The notes beneath the pieces are model-generated. The model was not told the origin of the DNA. It ran no database searches and saw only the letters and a list, made by a program, of their open reading frames with translations. The position numbers were made by a program, and so were the translations under genes. From positions 131,130,001 to 131,194,000 of the forward strand of contig NC_082714.1 of the NCBI RefSeq assembly GCF_030144855.1: 64,000 bases of DNA, read 5' to 3'. The first letter of the stretch is position 1. Each line of letters begins with the position of its first letter. Positions 1 through 12,352 of the stretch are shown in pieces. Source of the stretch: Hypanus sabinus. Taxonomy: Eukaryota.

Positions 1-670
1 TGAAAACTGATGCAAAGTACCCATTAAATTCATCTGCCATTTCTTTGATCCCCATTACTACCTCACCAGCATCATTTTCCAGTGGTCCAATATCAACTCT
101 CACCTCCTTTACTCTTTATATACTGGGAAAAACTTTTAGTATCCTGCTTCATATTATTCTTATCTTAAATGAACCTACGTTCTGTCTTCAGCTAACAGAA
201 ATATTGGCACATCCAAACCTAACATCTGAATGTCACAGATAGACAGATTAAGTAGGCCAGGCTTTGCATGATGTTATTTCAAATTGAAACTCCTTAGGTG
301 CAAAGGTCCCCAAGAAAACATAAGCCAAATGCTTCTGCTTTATATTATTAGCTAGTTTACCCTCATATTTAATCTTCTCCCTTATAGCTTTTTTCATTGT
401 CTTTTGTTGGATTTTAAAAAGTTTCCCAATCATCCAACTTCCCATTCACTTTTGCTACCTTATATGCTCTTTCCTTGGCTTTTATGTAGTCCTTAACTTC
501 CCTTGTCAGCCACACTTGCCTATCCCTGCCATCTGAAAACTTCTTGCTCTGTGGAGCATAACTATTCTGCGACTTGTGAACTGTTCCCAGAAACTTCAGC
601 CATTTTGTTGTCATTCCCTTCAGTATCCTCTCTACTCCAGCTAGGCAAGCTCCTCTCTCATGCCCCTGTA
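1..670 (-). mobile_element. CR1 LINE ORF2 fragment (endonuclease-RT linker), degenerate
   Basis: ORF 414..773 contains QVWLTREVKDYIKAKERAYKVAKVNGKLDDWETF, typical of CR1 ORF2; 1-150 resembles the CR1 segment at 19040-19140. Confidence 0.75.
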
Positions 671-679
671 ATTGCCTCT

Positions 680-905
680 CAATGCAGCTTCTTCTACATT
701 GAAGGGACCCATCGTAAATTGGGGAACCACTTCCTCTATCTGCCAAAAATGGAACTTCCCAGTGGCCAAACATTTTAATTCCAATTTCACACTCCCAATC
801 TCAATCTCAATCTCATTCCCATTCCCATTCCCATTCCCATTCCCATTCCACAGCCTCCTCTTTTACCCCAATTTGGCCACCCTCATGGTGAGGGAGCAAC
901 ACCTG
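680..905 (+). mobile_element. Penelope-like element GIY-YIG endonuclease fragment with expanded (ATTCCC)n hexamer
   Basis: Translation CSFFYIEGTHRKLGNHF resembles the PLE CxxxYIGETxRxLxxRF motif; downstream GAGGGAGCAACACCT matches the PLE copies at 11880-11940 (minus) and 59280-59300. Confidence 0.65.
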
Positions 906-1647
906 TGCATGAGCTAATGTTCTTACCAATGTGGCAGCTGAAGTGACCTGCTTTATAATTGCATGTGAATGCATTGGTCCCCATAGTGGAACTTAGTTTG
1001 CATTCCTTGCATGTAAACAGCATCTAATACACAGCTGAATTTTTCAACAATTATCAAGCTTAATTTTGCATTGAACAGTTTAACAGCTAACGATTGTTTC
1101 TTTTATCTACATAATTGCTAATCTCAAATGGTTTAGCAGTGCACATGAGTTGAATTGTTTACAAACAACCAACCAATGAGCAATGCCCAGAGAAACAAAT
1201 TACCTCTGGATTACAGCAATCTGAAAAATAATGAAAAGTGCCAATTTGCATTTTTACATTCTCTCTGAAGCAGTGAAACCTGCTGAGAACTGAATGACTT
1301 CCAGTGAATAACTACAGTGAAGAAAATATGAACCTTAACAAAGAAATTCTATTCAGTATTTGGCAGTTACTCGGAAACTAAATTAATCATGTTCATCAGT
1401 TGAAATATTTATTCTGAATCATGGGTCATAAATTCAATCATTCTTTACTTTCTTCTGCTCTGAAGAGCCATTTTAACTTGCAGGTTAAAATGGAAGCCAC
1501 TTGAGGACCTTACAAAAAAGCAATAAAATTATTTTATACAAGGCTTTTATATTCCCAAGAAAACCACACTAACATTTACAAGTAGGTACTGTAGATGTTT
1601 AAATTCCTGCAGCAAATACTGTGCATTTCATCTTTTCATATTTATTT

Positions 1648-1872
1648 TGTGTATTTACTATTTCAATAATATTTGAGTAATCTTTGAATAAGCATTCTTG
1701 TTTGCTTAAATAATTAATGATGGGTAATATGTAAAAATATATTTATTGCATACGTCATCACACTACTACATGAAATGTGTATACCTCGCTTAAAGGAAAG
1801 GCAAAGTTACACTTGCATCTCAGACTCCTGTGTCTTTGAACTAGTTTAGTGTTTTGCAGTTACAAAACATAA
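1648..1872 (+). repeat. dispersed repeat, probable solo LTR
   Basis: Homologous to 40160-40345 (TGTGTATTT..ATTTCA..TAAGCATTCTT..TTTAAATAATT); LTR identity is inferred and no TSD was found. Confidence 0.45.
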
Positions 1873-4814
1873 TAATTTCACTTACCAGACTCAGCTGACG
1901 AGTATGAAGTGATGCTGTCAATGGTGAAGGTAATATTCCTGCTGATAACAAGCGATCCCTTTTCTTAGGCTGATAAAAACTCATTCCAGTTAACAACAAA
2001 ACTATTTCTACCTGCTTGTTTTAACCAAGCTCATGATGTAAGCTGTAGTCTCACATTTGAAACCGCAAACAAGGTCAATTGTTAGCTTGTGGATTTGGTT
2101 TAGGTGATGGCTCAAGGAGCAGATTCCTCCTTTTGTGGGTTCATGCCAGCTATATTATTCTCAAATGTGTCATTTTACATCTTCTGAAATCTATATTCTT
2201 TTCGTCCCAAATTATGTGTTGATTTAAATTGCCATAGCAGGACTTATCCATCTAATCCAAGTAATAAGGGTGCATTAACTAATACAAGAAAACCATTTCA
2301 AAGCCTTTGATAATATTTGCTACCATCAGGGATTATGAAGGGACTGGGATACTTCAGTTTGAAACTCCAAGCCTAAACAATTAAGAAAGGTTACATATTC
2401 TGATTCTCATTGCATCCCTACCATCAAAACTCTTCTTTTTTTTATTAAACTAAAGCTTCAAATTATTAATACTGGTAAAGATTAAGCCTTCTTAACATGC
2501 CTCTTGGAATTTGTCAGTGGTAATAAGACTCAATCATTAAATATGCGGCCGCATCATTTAAAAGTGTTCAGTAAAAGCACTGTGAAGACACTGAATTATT
2601 CTCTTACCAGTGCATTTTTCAGCATAAGTAGCAGTAGGTTCCAAACTGGCATAAATGCAGGAAATTTGTGATTAACCTTGATTTCAAGTGAATGTAGTAG
2701 GTCAGGGGCAGTTTCTGCAATTATAGTAATTCCCTTACAGCTATATTTGCCAGTGTACTGCAGATACCACAGGAATATTATGAACAGCACAACCGATGAT
2801 GTAATTCACTTTATGGATCATTGGCTTTTTGGAGGCATTTGATATATTTATTTCACAATGGCACAAGTCCTGCAAAACTCAGAGATTGCTTTATTTAATG
2901 GTCAGAAATGCTGGATAGTTTGATATCTCTTTGGACAGTACTCTCCACAGTGTGTATGATGGAAAAGCTTGCATGTTTGAACTCCCATGAAGCATTTCAG
3001 CCTGAAACATTGACTGCTTAAATCCCTCCAAAGATACTGCTTGAGCAGTTGATTTTTGCCGACATTGTGTGTGTTGTTCTGCTACGCTACATTTGATACT
3101 GTATTATGGTTGAATCCATAAATTAAACATCCGAGTTACCCACCTAATCTGTGCTGCACAGAATGGTCTCCGAACCCTGTGCAGAGATCTCTTCAAGGGT
3201 CTGGTGCTAGGCTCCTTCATGTGCATTGCAATTGTAAGAAAGGATTCTGGTATCGATGTACTGATCATTTCTGCATAGACATTCATCGTTTTCTTCTGTG
3301 TGTTAAGTAAGTGAAGTCATTATCTGAGACTTCTGTAGTAGATCTCCTGTGCAATGGCTAGCATTTTCATTTTCCTCTTACCCTGCATTGGCTGGAACTC
3401 ATTTGTGCAGTGAATTATTTTGTGACTATCCTTCCTCACAGGTAAACACCAACGCACCTTATGTCAGTATCTTAGCTTGCAGCTGAATGTTAAATCAAAT
3501 GATAGGATGACCTCACCCTCACTCTGTTTCTTGTCATTCTACCTCTTCAGGTTGCAGTTAATGGCCTTCTGAAAAGAGAGAGTCGTAAAGTGTGTTGAGG
3601 TTTGGAAAAAGCAAGCTTACACTACCTGGAGCTTAGAAATCATGAAATTTGTCTCGATGCTGAGACATGCAGCTAATGAACAACATGGTTCAATCTGGTT
3701 GCCTGTAGCAACCTTTATAAGACCAAAGATAAGAAATTCTCCATGCTTTCTGCATCTAATCAAATTGGTCTATTTTCATCTATGGCCGTTTTCAGAATCT
3801 ATCCAACAGATCTAAATTGGGAAGTGCATCGTTAACTCAAAATCACATAGAAAAGCAGAAAAAATAGATGTAAAAAGAGCTGGATTTAAACCAAGACAAA
3901 TTAAGCTATTGGGAAATTTAACTAGTATCCACTGGTGCTATCTGCCAGCCAGTGGTGTAGTTACGCCCGCACCAAATTTCAAGGTGAGCAGTAACAGGTT
4001 GAAATTTAGCTGGCTTCTTGCACACTTTCCATTCATGCTGGGTTGAGCATCGAGCTCACAAGCCTGGCTCGTAAAAAAACAGACAAAAGTGCTAAAGAAA
4101 TGGCAAGGTTGCTGCCCGATGTGCAACAAGGCGCAGAAATGAACAAGACTGGTGCAAGAAAACCTGAATATTTATTATTACATGAATGACATAGAATCGC
4201 ATAATACATTATTAGCTGCATTCTGGAGCCACAGAAGGATCAGCATGTCATTCTGTCTTTTTTTCCTAATCAGGAAAAGTGTTACAAAATTGGTTATTTT
4301 ATTGAATGCCTTCAGTTAATAATTACATTGGTCATGTCTTTGTTTTTAACTAAGATCAAGAATTCTAGAAGCACGTGGATATAAGTAATAAAGATCACAA
4401 AGTTGTCAAATTTGCTTAAAAATCCAGGTAATTCAGGAAAGGAAACCCACCACTTTTTTCATCTCTGGCCTACCTGTGACCACTGTCCCACATCATCATA
4501 ATCATCTATCAAATCGTTCATTTCTTGCACAAGGTAAGTGCAAAAAACAGCAAAATTTTCAGTATTAACCTGCAGTACTATTAAGTTTCTTGGGAAAATT
4601 TGGGTTGGCAGTAACATCAAGATCCCCAAATTTAATTTTTTTTTGGGACGTTGTCTGTAGCAATGGACAATCCTTTCACGGCAATTGTCTTTCCTTTGTA
4701 GCAGGCCATCAAGGATCGGGACTCTGAACTTAACTTTGATTAATTTAATTCTTCTTTGACTTTGACTCTAATTTCAAACACAATGATTTTTTTAATAATT
4801 TATGTTAAGAATAA

Positions 4815-5608
4815 TCTCTAATCTGCTAATTAACTTTGCCGATGACACGACATTGATTGGGCTAATCTCAAGCAATAACAAGGTGGCCTACAGGGAAGAA
4901 GTCATCTCTCTGACACAGTGCTGTCAAGAAAACAAACTCTCCCTTAATTGTCGCAAGAACAAAGGAATTGGTTGTGGATTACAGGAGGAATGGAGACAGG
5001 CCAACCCCTATTGATATCAATGGATCTGGGGTTGAGAGGGCAAACAGCTTCAAGTTCCTTGGCATCCACATCACCGAGGACCTCACATGGTCTGCAGAAG
5101 AGCACCCCTTTCACCTCAGACAGTTGAGGAAGTTTGGTGTGGGCCGCCAAATCCTAAGAACTTTCTACAGAGGCACAATAGCCTGACTGGCTGCATCACT
5201 GCAGCCTTAATCGTTGGATTCTGCAGACAATGGTGCAGACAGCCCAGCGCATCTGATGCTGAATCATTAACTCCCATGTTTCAGGACATTTACCAAGACA
5301 GGTGTGTAAAAAGAGACCAGATCATCGAGGACCCGCGTCACCCCAACCACAATCTATGCAGGCTACTATCATCTGGAAAATGGTACCACAGCATAAAAGC
5401 CAGGACCAACAGGCTTCAGGAGAGCTTCTTCCACCAGACCATCAGACTGTTTAACTCACACTGACGTGAGTGTATTTCTATGTTACATTGACTGTTCTAT
5501 TCATTATAAATGACTATGATTGCACATTGCACATTTAGATGGAGACGTAAAGATTTTTACTCCTCATGTATGCGAAGGATGTAAGAAATAAAGTCAATTC
5601 AATTCAAT
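4815..5608 (+). mobile_element. Rex1/Babar-like LINE, 5'-truncated RT C-terminus and 3' UTR
   Basis: FADDTTLIGLISSNN..AYREEV, FKFLGIHITEDLTWS; ends with AATAAA and a (CAATT)n tail. Confidence 0.85.
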
Positions 5609-7221
5609 AGGAAGTAGTTCTGGGATAACATCAACATTTTACAAACTGAAGAAATAAGGCTTAACAAATGCAACTTTGTCAAGACTTGTGTGCAAGAGCG
5701 GCTGACATTTTCAGGTCACATTATTATTTTTAGAAATTCTTGGCCATAAATATTAATTTTAATTGAACATGTCTAACTGTCAGAGTAAAGAGAAACTATA
5801 AAAATGAGTTTTGAAAGGGGACATAGTATTTACAATATTTATATCTTGGCATTTAATATTGAAAGAGTATCCAAGCTTCATTCATACGCTTGAGCGCATA
5901 ATCTAGAACGGCATTCCATTACTGAGGGAATGATGTATTGTTGGGCATGCTGTTGTTTAAATGTTTGAAATGGGAGCTGTTTTAACCTGATTGTTCCAGA
6001 CACTATAAAACTCCCATGGCACCAATGAAAATGGGGCATGGTTCTTCAGTGCCCAGATCGCATGTCTTTTCCGAAACACATGTCAGCGAAATCTTATTAA
6101 TTGCTCAGTTACCTCATTCATGCTCACAGGATGCTGGTGTCTTGGAACAATTGCTACTTCCACCTGCATTACAACTTCATTTGCAAATTTACAGAGGCAG
6201 CAAGAAGCGTAGACAAAGATCATGGATGGGAGGTGGATTTCCATGATGAGCTGAGCTGTGTCCACTACTCTTTAATTTTCTGCAAAGACTAAATATTTAC
6301 AAAATAGATAGTTTAAAATAAATGAATAGAAGATGAAAAATGCACATGTACAACATTGCAAGCTATAATAGACAGTCTCGCAATACTGTGTAGAACTAGT
6401 GCTCAGGGTATCAATGAATACAGTAGAAGCTGAATGCATTTGTTTTTCTTCCTTCCTATGAGTTTAATATAGTTATCAACAATTTCTTCTTAATTTTAAA
6501 CAAATTTGCACATTTCCTACTGAAGATTAATGCTCCTGGAGATGATCTAAAACCAGTTTTGCAGTGCTGGTATGTGCTAGCTATAGTAACCTCTATTTGA
6601 TAAGATCAAAGAAAAATTATGTAATTCCATTGCGCATCCACATGAAATGCATATCTTGAAACCAATATACTATAGTAAAATTCGGACAGGTTCATCCTGT
6701 TAACTTGCAATTCTTAGATGCCTGGAATTTTACAAAAGTTATATTAGAATAAATGTGCCTTATAATCACTATCTCTAACAAGAGAGTCCTACCACCTCTC
6801 CCTAATATTCATTGGCATTATTATTACCAAGTCACCCACTTTCAATACCTAGGTTCCAGTATTGACCAAGAAGTGTGCAAGAACAGATTAGGAAGTGGGT
6901 ATCTTTTAGTGAGTGACCTTTATCTTGACACCTCAAAGTCTTTCCACATTTACTAGGCACAAGATAGGATTGTGATGTAATGTTCACCACATGCCTGGAT
7001 GGGCAGAGCTTCAACAGTGCAGAAACTTGATGCCATCCTCAGTGACGCAGCCTTCCCTAAGAATACACTGTGGTTGGCTTTTTCATGCCACAGTGATAAT
7101 GCATAACCAAAATCATTATCACCTAGATTGATAAAGCTTCAGATACAGAAGAGCAGCTGCTACCATTTCCCCACCAAATTACACAGCATTCTGATTAGTA
7201 TCTTCACCCTGTTGGTGAATT

Positions 7222-7337
7222 CAGGGGAGTGGGGATGACTGGAAGAATTGGATCAGCTCATGATTGAATGGTGGAGCAGACTCGATGGGCCAAATGGCCT
7301 ACTTTTGCTCCTATATCTTATGGGCTTATGGTCTTAC
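7222..7337 (+). mobile_element. CR1 3' UTR fragment
   Basis: GATTGAATGGTGGAGCAGACTCGATGGGCCAAATGGCCTAC..CTTATGGTCTTA tail; reverse complement of CR1 ends at 35520 and 61400. Confidence 0.75.
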
Positions 7338-8094
7338 AGACCTGAATTGATAAATTGGTTTATTATTGTCACATCTACCAAGGTACAGTGAAAAACTTGA
7401 TTTTGCATTGCATTCATACAGGATCATTTCATTACAAGTGTATTAATGTAACGCAAGAGAAAACAAGATGATACAAGAAGAGCCTACCATGAGGGACCTT
7501 GACAAATGCATCAGTAAAATCCACAAAGACAACATCCACTGCTCTACAAATGATCCGTTCATTTTTATTTTGATGAGTGTCTGTGGAAGTTCACTCCGAA
7601 CAAATTTGTTACGACATTTCCTACATTACAACATTAACTACACTTCATATGTATTGAGTTGCAAAGTCCTTTGACACATGTTGAAGTCTATAATGAATGT
7701 ATTATATAATTTCTAGCACAATACTCAATAATGTATATTAGCAGATTTCCCACATTTGCATTTTGGAAAATTTATAAGTTAATTTCTGAGTATGCTCTGA
7801 TCGTGCATAATTTGTCATCAAAGTCAAAAATGTTCGTAAACATTCAGTGTTTGAGAGCTTTGATCGCTGGCTAAATCAGAGATCATTGTCTACAGCGTGA
7901 TAAAACGTTATCAGTGCTTTTGCAGGAAAGGCCTTCAAATCACAAGCCCTATTAATTGCAGAAGTGTAGGGGCTCAATTTCTGCTGAAATGTAGGGGCTC
8001 AATGGGAGGAATCAGTCCTCCTATAGAGCATAAGTTCCCGTTATGGGATCTCCCCTTTGTGAGTATATTTATCAAAGGGAATTTTTCTTCTTAG

Positions 8095-8292
8095 AAACAA
8101 GAGAAAAATCTGCAGATGCTGGAAATCCAAACAACACACACAAAATGCAGGAGGAACTCAATAGGCCAAGCAGCATCTATGGGAAAGAGTACAATCAATG
8201 TTTTGGGCCAAGACCCTTCATCAGGACTGCACCCGATAAAGGTTCTCGGCCCAAAACTTTGGCATACTCTTTTCCTCCAGCATTTTGTATGT
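8095..8292. mobile_element. Penelope-like pLTR insertion: two inverted hammerhead-bearing units
   Basis: Minus-strand unit (..GGGCCAAGACCCTTCATCAGGACT) abuts a plus-strand unit (CCCGATAAAGGTTCTCGGCCCAAAAC..); 14 bp TSD ATTTTTCT(T/C)TTAG-type at 8081-8094 and 8293-8306 with 1 mismatch. Confidence 0.75.
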
Positions 8293-8449
8293 ATTTTTCT
8301 TTTTAGCCTTGCTTTTGGTGATGTGCGGTATCTTAAAAAAATCCATCTGCTTTATTACAATTCTCAGAATTTGCAAAAAGCTGAATTGTCATCAGGCTAT
8401 CCCAGAGTGAAATATTCCCAATGATGCTTCCTATATGTCTTTGGATTAA

Positions 8450-8775
8450 GTAGAGTCATAGGGCAACACAGCATAAATGTTGTTCCTACAGACCAACAAG
8501 TCCACACCAACAACTGTAGCCAGCTATCTATTTCCAAATACCCTGTTTTCACTCCGTATCTCTCCAAGCCTCACCCTTCCATGGACCAATCCAAATGCTT
8601 CTTAAGTGATGCTATTATACTTGCCTCAACCAATTCAGGAAGCTGATTACATATGTTCAACACCCTCCACATGAAAATTCTTCCCCTTTTTAAATCTTTC
8701 TCCTCTCACCCTAAATCTATCCCCCTAATTTTGAACTCACCTAGACTGGAGTAAAGACTGTTACATTATCAATGC
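8450..8775 (-). mobile_element. old CR1 3' fragment
   Basis: Degenerate similarity to the CR1 3' ends at 9120 and 31200. Confidence 0.5.
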
Positions 8776-9117
8776 CAATATTTGCTAGCATTTGAGAGGT
8801 TGCAAATTCATGAACATGAACTGAACTTCATTTACATACCTTGAAGATTATACATTCAGAAACTGGTTTAAAAATCAGTGATCCTAACTAAAACCATGTG
8901 GAAAATTGGCAAGACAGTATCCCTCAAGTCTTCTTACAATGCAATTTTTCCCCTTTTCTATTACACTTCTATACTGTCAGTGCAAATCAAAGTAATGTAC
9001 TCCTTATGCACTGTGATGGATATTCACGGTCCTGGGCAGAAGATCTCATGTTTGATAAGCTTGCTTTTTCTAAACACAGCATCTGCTACTTGTGAGATCA
9101 AAAACAGTTGTAAGCAA

Positions 9118-11190
9118 AACATAGAAATCTGCAGCACATTACAGGACCTTTGGTCAACAATCTTGTGTCAACCATGCAACCTACTCTAGAAACGGCCTCG
9201 AATTTCCCTACCGCATAGCCCTTTATATTTCTAAGCTCTGTGTAAGAGTCCCTTAAGAGACCCCGTTGTATCTGCCTCTACCACCATCACTGGCAGTGCA
9301 ATACACACACCCACCATTCTCTGTGCAATAAACTTACCTCTGACATCCCCCTTGTGCCTACTTCCAAGCAACTTAAAACTGTGCCCCCTCATGTTTGCCA
9401 TTTCAGCCCTGGGAAAAAGCCTCTGGCTATCCACATGATCAATGCCTCCCATCATCTTATACACGCCTATCAGGTCACCTTCATCCTCCGTCACTTCAAG
9501 GAGAAAAGGCCGAGTTCACTCAACCTATTCTCATAAAGCATGCTCTCCAATCCAGGCAGCATCCTTGTAAATCTCTTCTGCACTGTCTCTATTGTATGCA
9601 CATCCTTCCTGTAATGAGGTGACCAGAAATGAGCACAGTACTCCAAGTGAGGTCTAACTAAGGTCAAATATAGCTGTAACATTACCTCATGGTTCTTGAA
9701 CTCAATCCCATGGTTGATGAAGACCAACACACCATACACCTTCTTAACAACACTGTCAACCTGCACAGCAGCTTTGAGAGTCCTATGGACATGGGCCCTA
9801 AGATTCCTGTGGAACTCCACTGTTCACTGACCTCCAGGCAGAATACAGACCATCTACAACCACCTTTTGCCTTCTGTGGGCAAGCCAATTCTGGATTCTG
9901 GATTACTTTCTGAATGAGGCTTGCATGGGGAACCTTACCAAATTCCTTACTGAAATCCATATACACCACATCTACCGCTCTACCTTCATCAATGTGTTTT
10001 GTTACATCCTCAAAGAATTCAATGAGGTTCCTAAGGCATGACCTACTCTTGACAAAGAAATGTTGACTATCCCTAATCCGATTATTTCTCTCCAAATGCT
10101 CATAAAACTTGCCTCTCAGGATTATTTCCCAACAACTTGCCCACCACTGAAGTAAGATTCGCTGATCTTTAATTTGCTGGGTTATTTCTACTCCATTTCT
10201 TGAACAAGGGAATAATATTTGAAATCTTCCAATCCTCTGCTACTTCTCTTTTCCCTGTTGATGATGCAAAGATCATTCCCAGGGCTCAGCAATCTCCTGC
10301 CTCACTTCCCACATCGTCCTGGGGTATTTTTCATCTGGTCCTGGCGACTTACCTAACTTAATACGTTTCAAAATCTCCAGCATATCCTCTTTCTTAATGT
10401 CTATACACTCAAGCATTTCACTGCACTCTAAGTCATCCCCATAATTGCTAAGGTCCTTTTCAATGGTGAATATTGGAGCAAAGTATTCATTATTAAGTAT
10501 CTGCACTACCTCCTCCAGCTCCATGCACATGTTTCCACTCTCGTTCCCGATTGGTCCTATTCTCACATGGCTCATCCTCTTGCTCTTCACATATTTGGGG
10601 CTTTCCTTAATCCTACTTGCAAAGGCCTTCTCATGGCCCCTTCTAACTCTCCTAATTTCATTCTTGAGCTCCTTCCTTGCACCCTTGTAATTTTCTAGAG
10701 TGCTAACAGTATCTAGTTTCTTGAACCTTTCATAAGCTTTTCTTTTCTTCTTAACTAGATTTTCTACATCATTTGTACACCGTAGTTCTTTTATCCTACC
10801 ATCCTTTTCCTGCCTCAATAGAACATAACCATGCAGAAAGCCAAGCAAATGTTCCCTGAACATTTGCCACATTTCTACCATGCATTTCCCTGAGAACATC
10901 TACTCCCAGTTTATGTTCCCAAGCTCCCACTTAATAGCATCATATTTCCCCCTACACCAATTATATGTTTTCCCTAGCTGTCTGCTTCTATCCCTCTCCA
11001 CTACCCACTATGGTAAAGGAGATAGGGTTATGATTGCTACGTCCAAAATGCCCTCCCACCAAGAGATCCAACACCTGACCAGGTCCATTTCCCAACACCA
11101 GATCAAGTACAGCCTCACCTCTGCTTGGCTTATCTACATTTTGTGCCAGGAATCCTTCCTGAGCACACCTAACAAACTCCACCCCACCTA
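9118..11190 (-). mobile_element. CR1 LINE ORF2 (endonuclease end + RT) with internal deletions
   Basis: RPHLEYCAHFWSPHYRKD, AVDVVYMDFSK, LDLVLGNGPGQV; 3' tail CATAGAAATCTGCAGCAC. Confidence 0.92.
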
Positions 11191-11429
11191 AACTTACAAT
11201 TCATATTGCATTGTTAATTTCTGGTCATAAATAGAAGTCAGTCTTCAGTTCTTAAAATGTAAATGGCAAGCAGTAATCAGTTTGAAGTTATAACGAAGTT
11301 CAATCATGCTTCATCTATGCAACATTTTGCTAGCCCACAACACCAGTCTTATTGCTCAAGAGTTGCAGTATAAGATAATGGGTTGTTTAATTTGGCATTT
11401 TATCCCCCAAACAAACAAGCTAACTTTAA

Positions 11430-12033
11430 ACAACACACACAAAATGCTGGTGCAACACAGCAGGCCAGGCAGCATCTATAGGGAGAAGCACTGTCAACGT
11501 TATGGGCCGAGACCCTTCATCAGGGCTAATTGAAAGGAAAGATACTAAGAGATTTGAAAGTAGGAGGGGGAGGGGGAAATGCGAAATGATAGGAGAAGAC
11601 CAGAGGGGGTGGGATGAAGCTAAGAGCTGGAAAGGTGATTGGCAAAAGTAATAAAGACCTGGAGAAGGGAAAGGATCATGGGACGGGAGGCCTAGGGAGA
11701 AAGAAAGTGGGAGGGGAGCACAAGAGGGAGATGGAGCACAGGCAGAGTGCTGGGTAGAGAGAGAGAAAAAAAACAAACAACTAAATATGTCAGGGATGGG
11801 GTAAGAAGGGAGGAGGGGCATTAACGGAAGTTAGAGAAGTCAGTGTTAGTGCCATCAGGTTGGAGGCTACCCAGCCGGTATATAAAGTGTTGTTCCTCCA
11901 ACCTGAGTGTGGCTTCATCTTGACAGTAGAGGAGACCATGGATAGACATATCAGAATGGGAATGGGATGTGGAATTAAAATGTGTGGCCACTGGGAGATC
12001 CTGCTTTCTCCAGCATCTGCAGATTTCCTCGTG
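11430..12033 (-). mobile_element. Penelope-like element 3' end (GIY-YIG C-terminus, purine-rich tail, hammerhead pLTR) with short inverted pLTR piece
   Basis: 13 bp TSD AAGCTAACTTTAA at 11417-11429 and 12034-12046; reverse-complement homology to 59239-59738; plus-oriented TCCAGCATCTGCAGATTTCCTCGTG at the right end. Confidence 0.85.
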
Positions 12034-12227
12034 AAGCTAACTTTAAGTTGCTTTGTTCAAGCAAACTTGCAGAACAGATGGAGAATATCATTTAGCACAT
12101 CAATAACTGATGTGATTATAGTTGGAAGAGTTTTATTAACTCAGAAGTTAGTTTTACAGCATTAATAGTAGTTGATACTAATTAATAGTAATAAATGATA
12201 GGTAGCTATGTCTCCAAAAATGCTTTT

Positions 12228-12352
12228 AGAACATAAAATGTAATACATAACAATTTACAGCACATTACAGGCCCTTCTGCCCACAATGTTGTGCCGACCA
12301 TGTAACCTACTCTATAGACCGCCTAGAATTTTTATTCTAGCCCTCTATTTTT
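12228..12352 (-). mobile_element. CR1 3' tail fragment
   Basis: Matches 9120-9230 (ACAGCACATTACAGGCCCTT..CAACCTACTCTA). Confidence 0.7.

Noticed and set aside
797-850. (AATCTC)n/(ATTCCC)n array as telomeric or CRISPR-like repeat
   Set aside because: Simple slippage expansion inside a PLE fragment; not TTAGGG and no spacers
1204-1222. 17 nt minus-strand microexon (TTTTCAG|ATTGCTGTAATCCAGAG|GTAATT)
   Set aside because: Not frame-preserving; such signals occur by chance in AT-rich DNA
3100-4170. Old Harbinger-like or lncRNA-like segment
   Set aside because: No TIR pair or protein motif could be demonstrated
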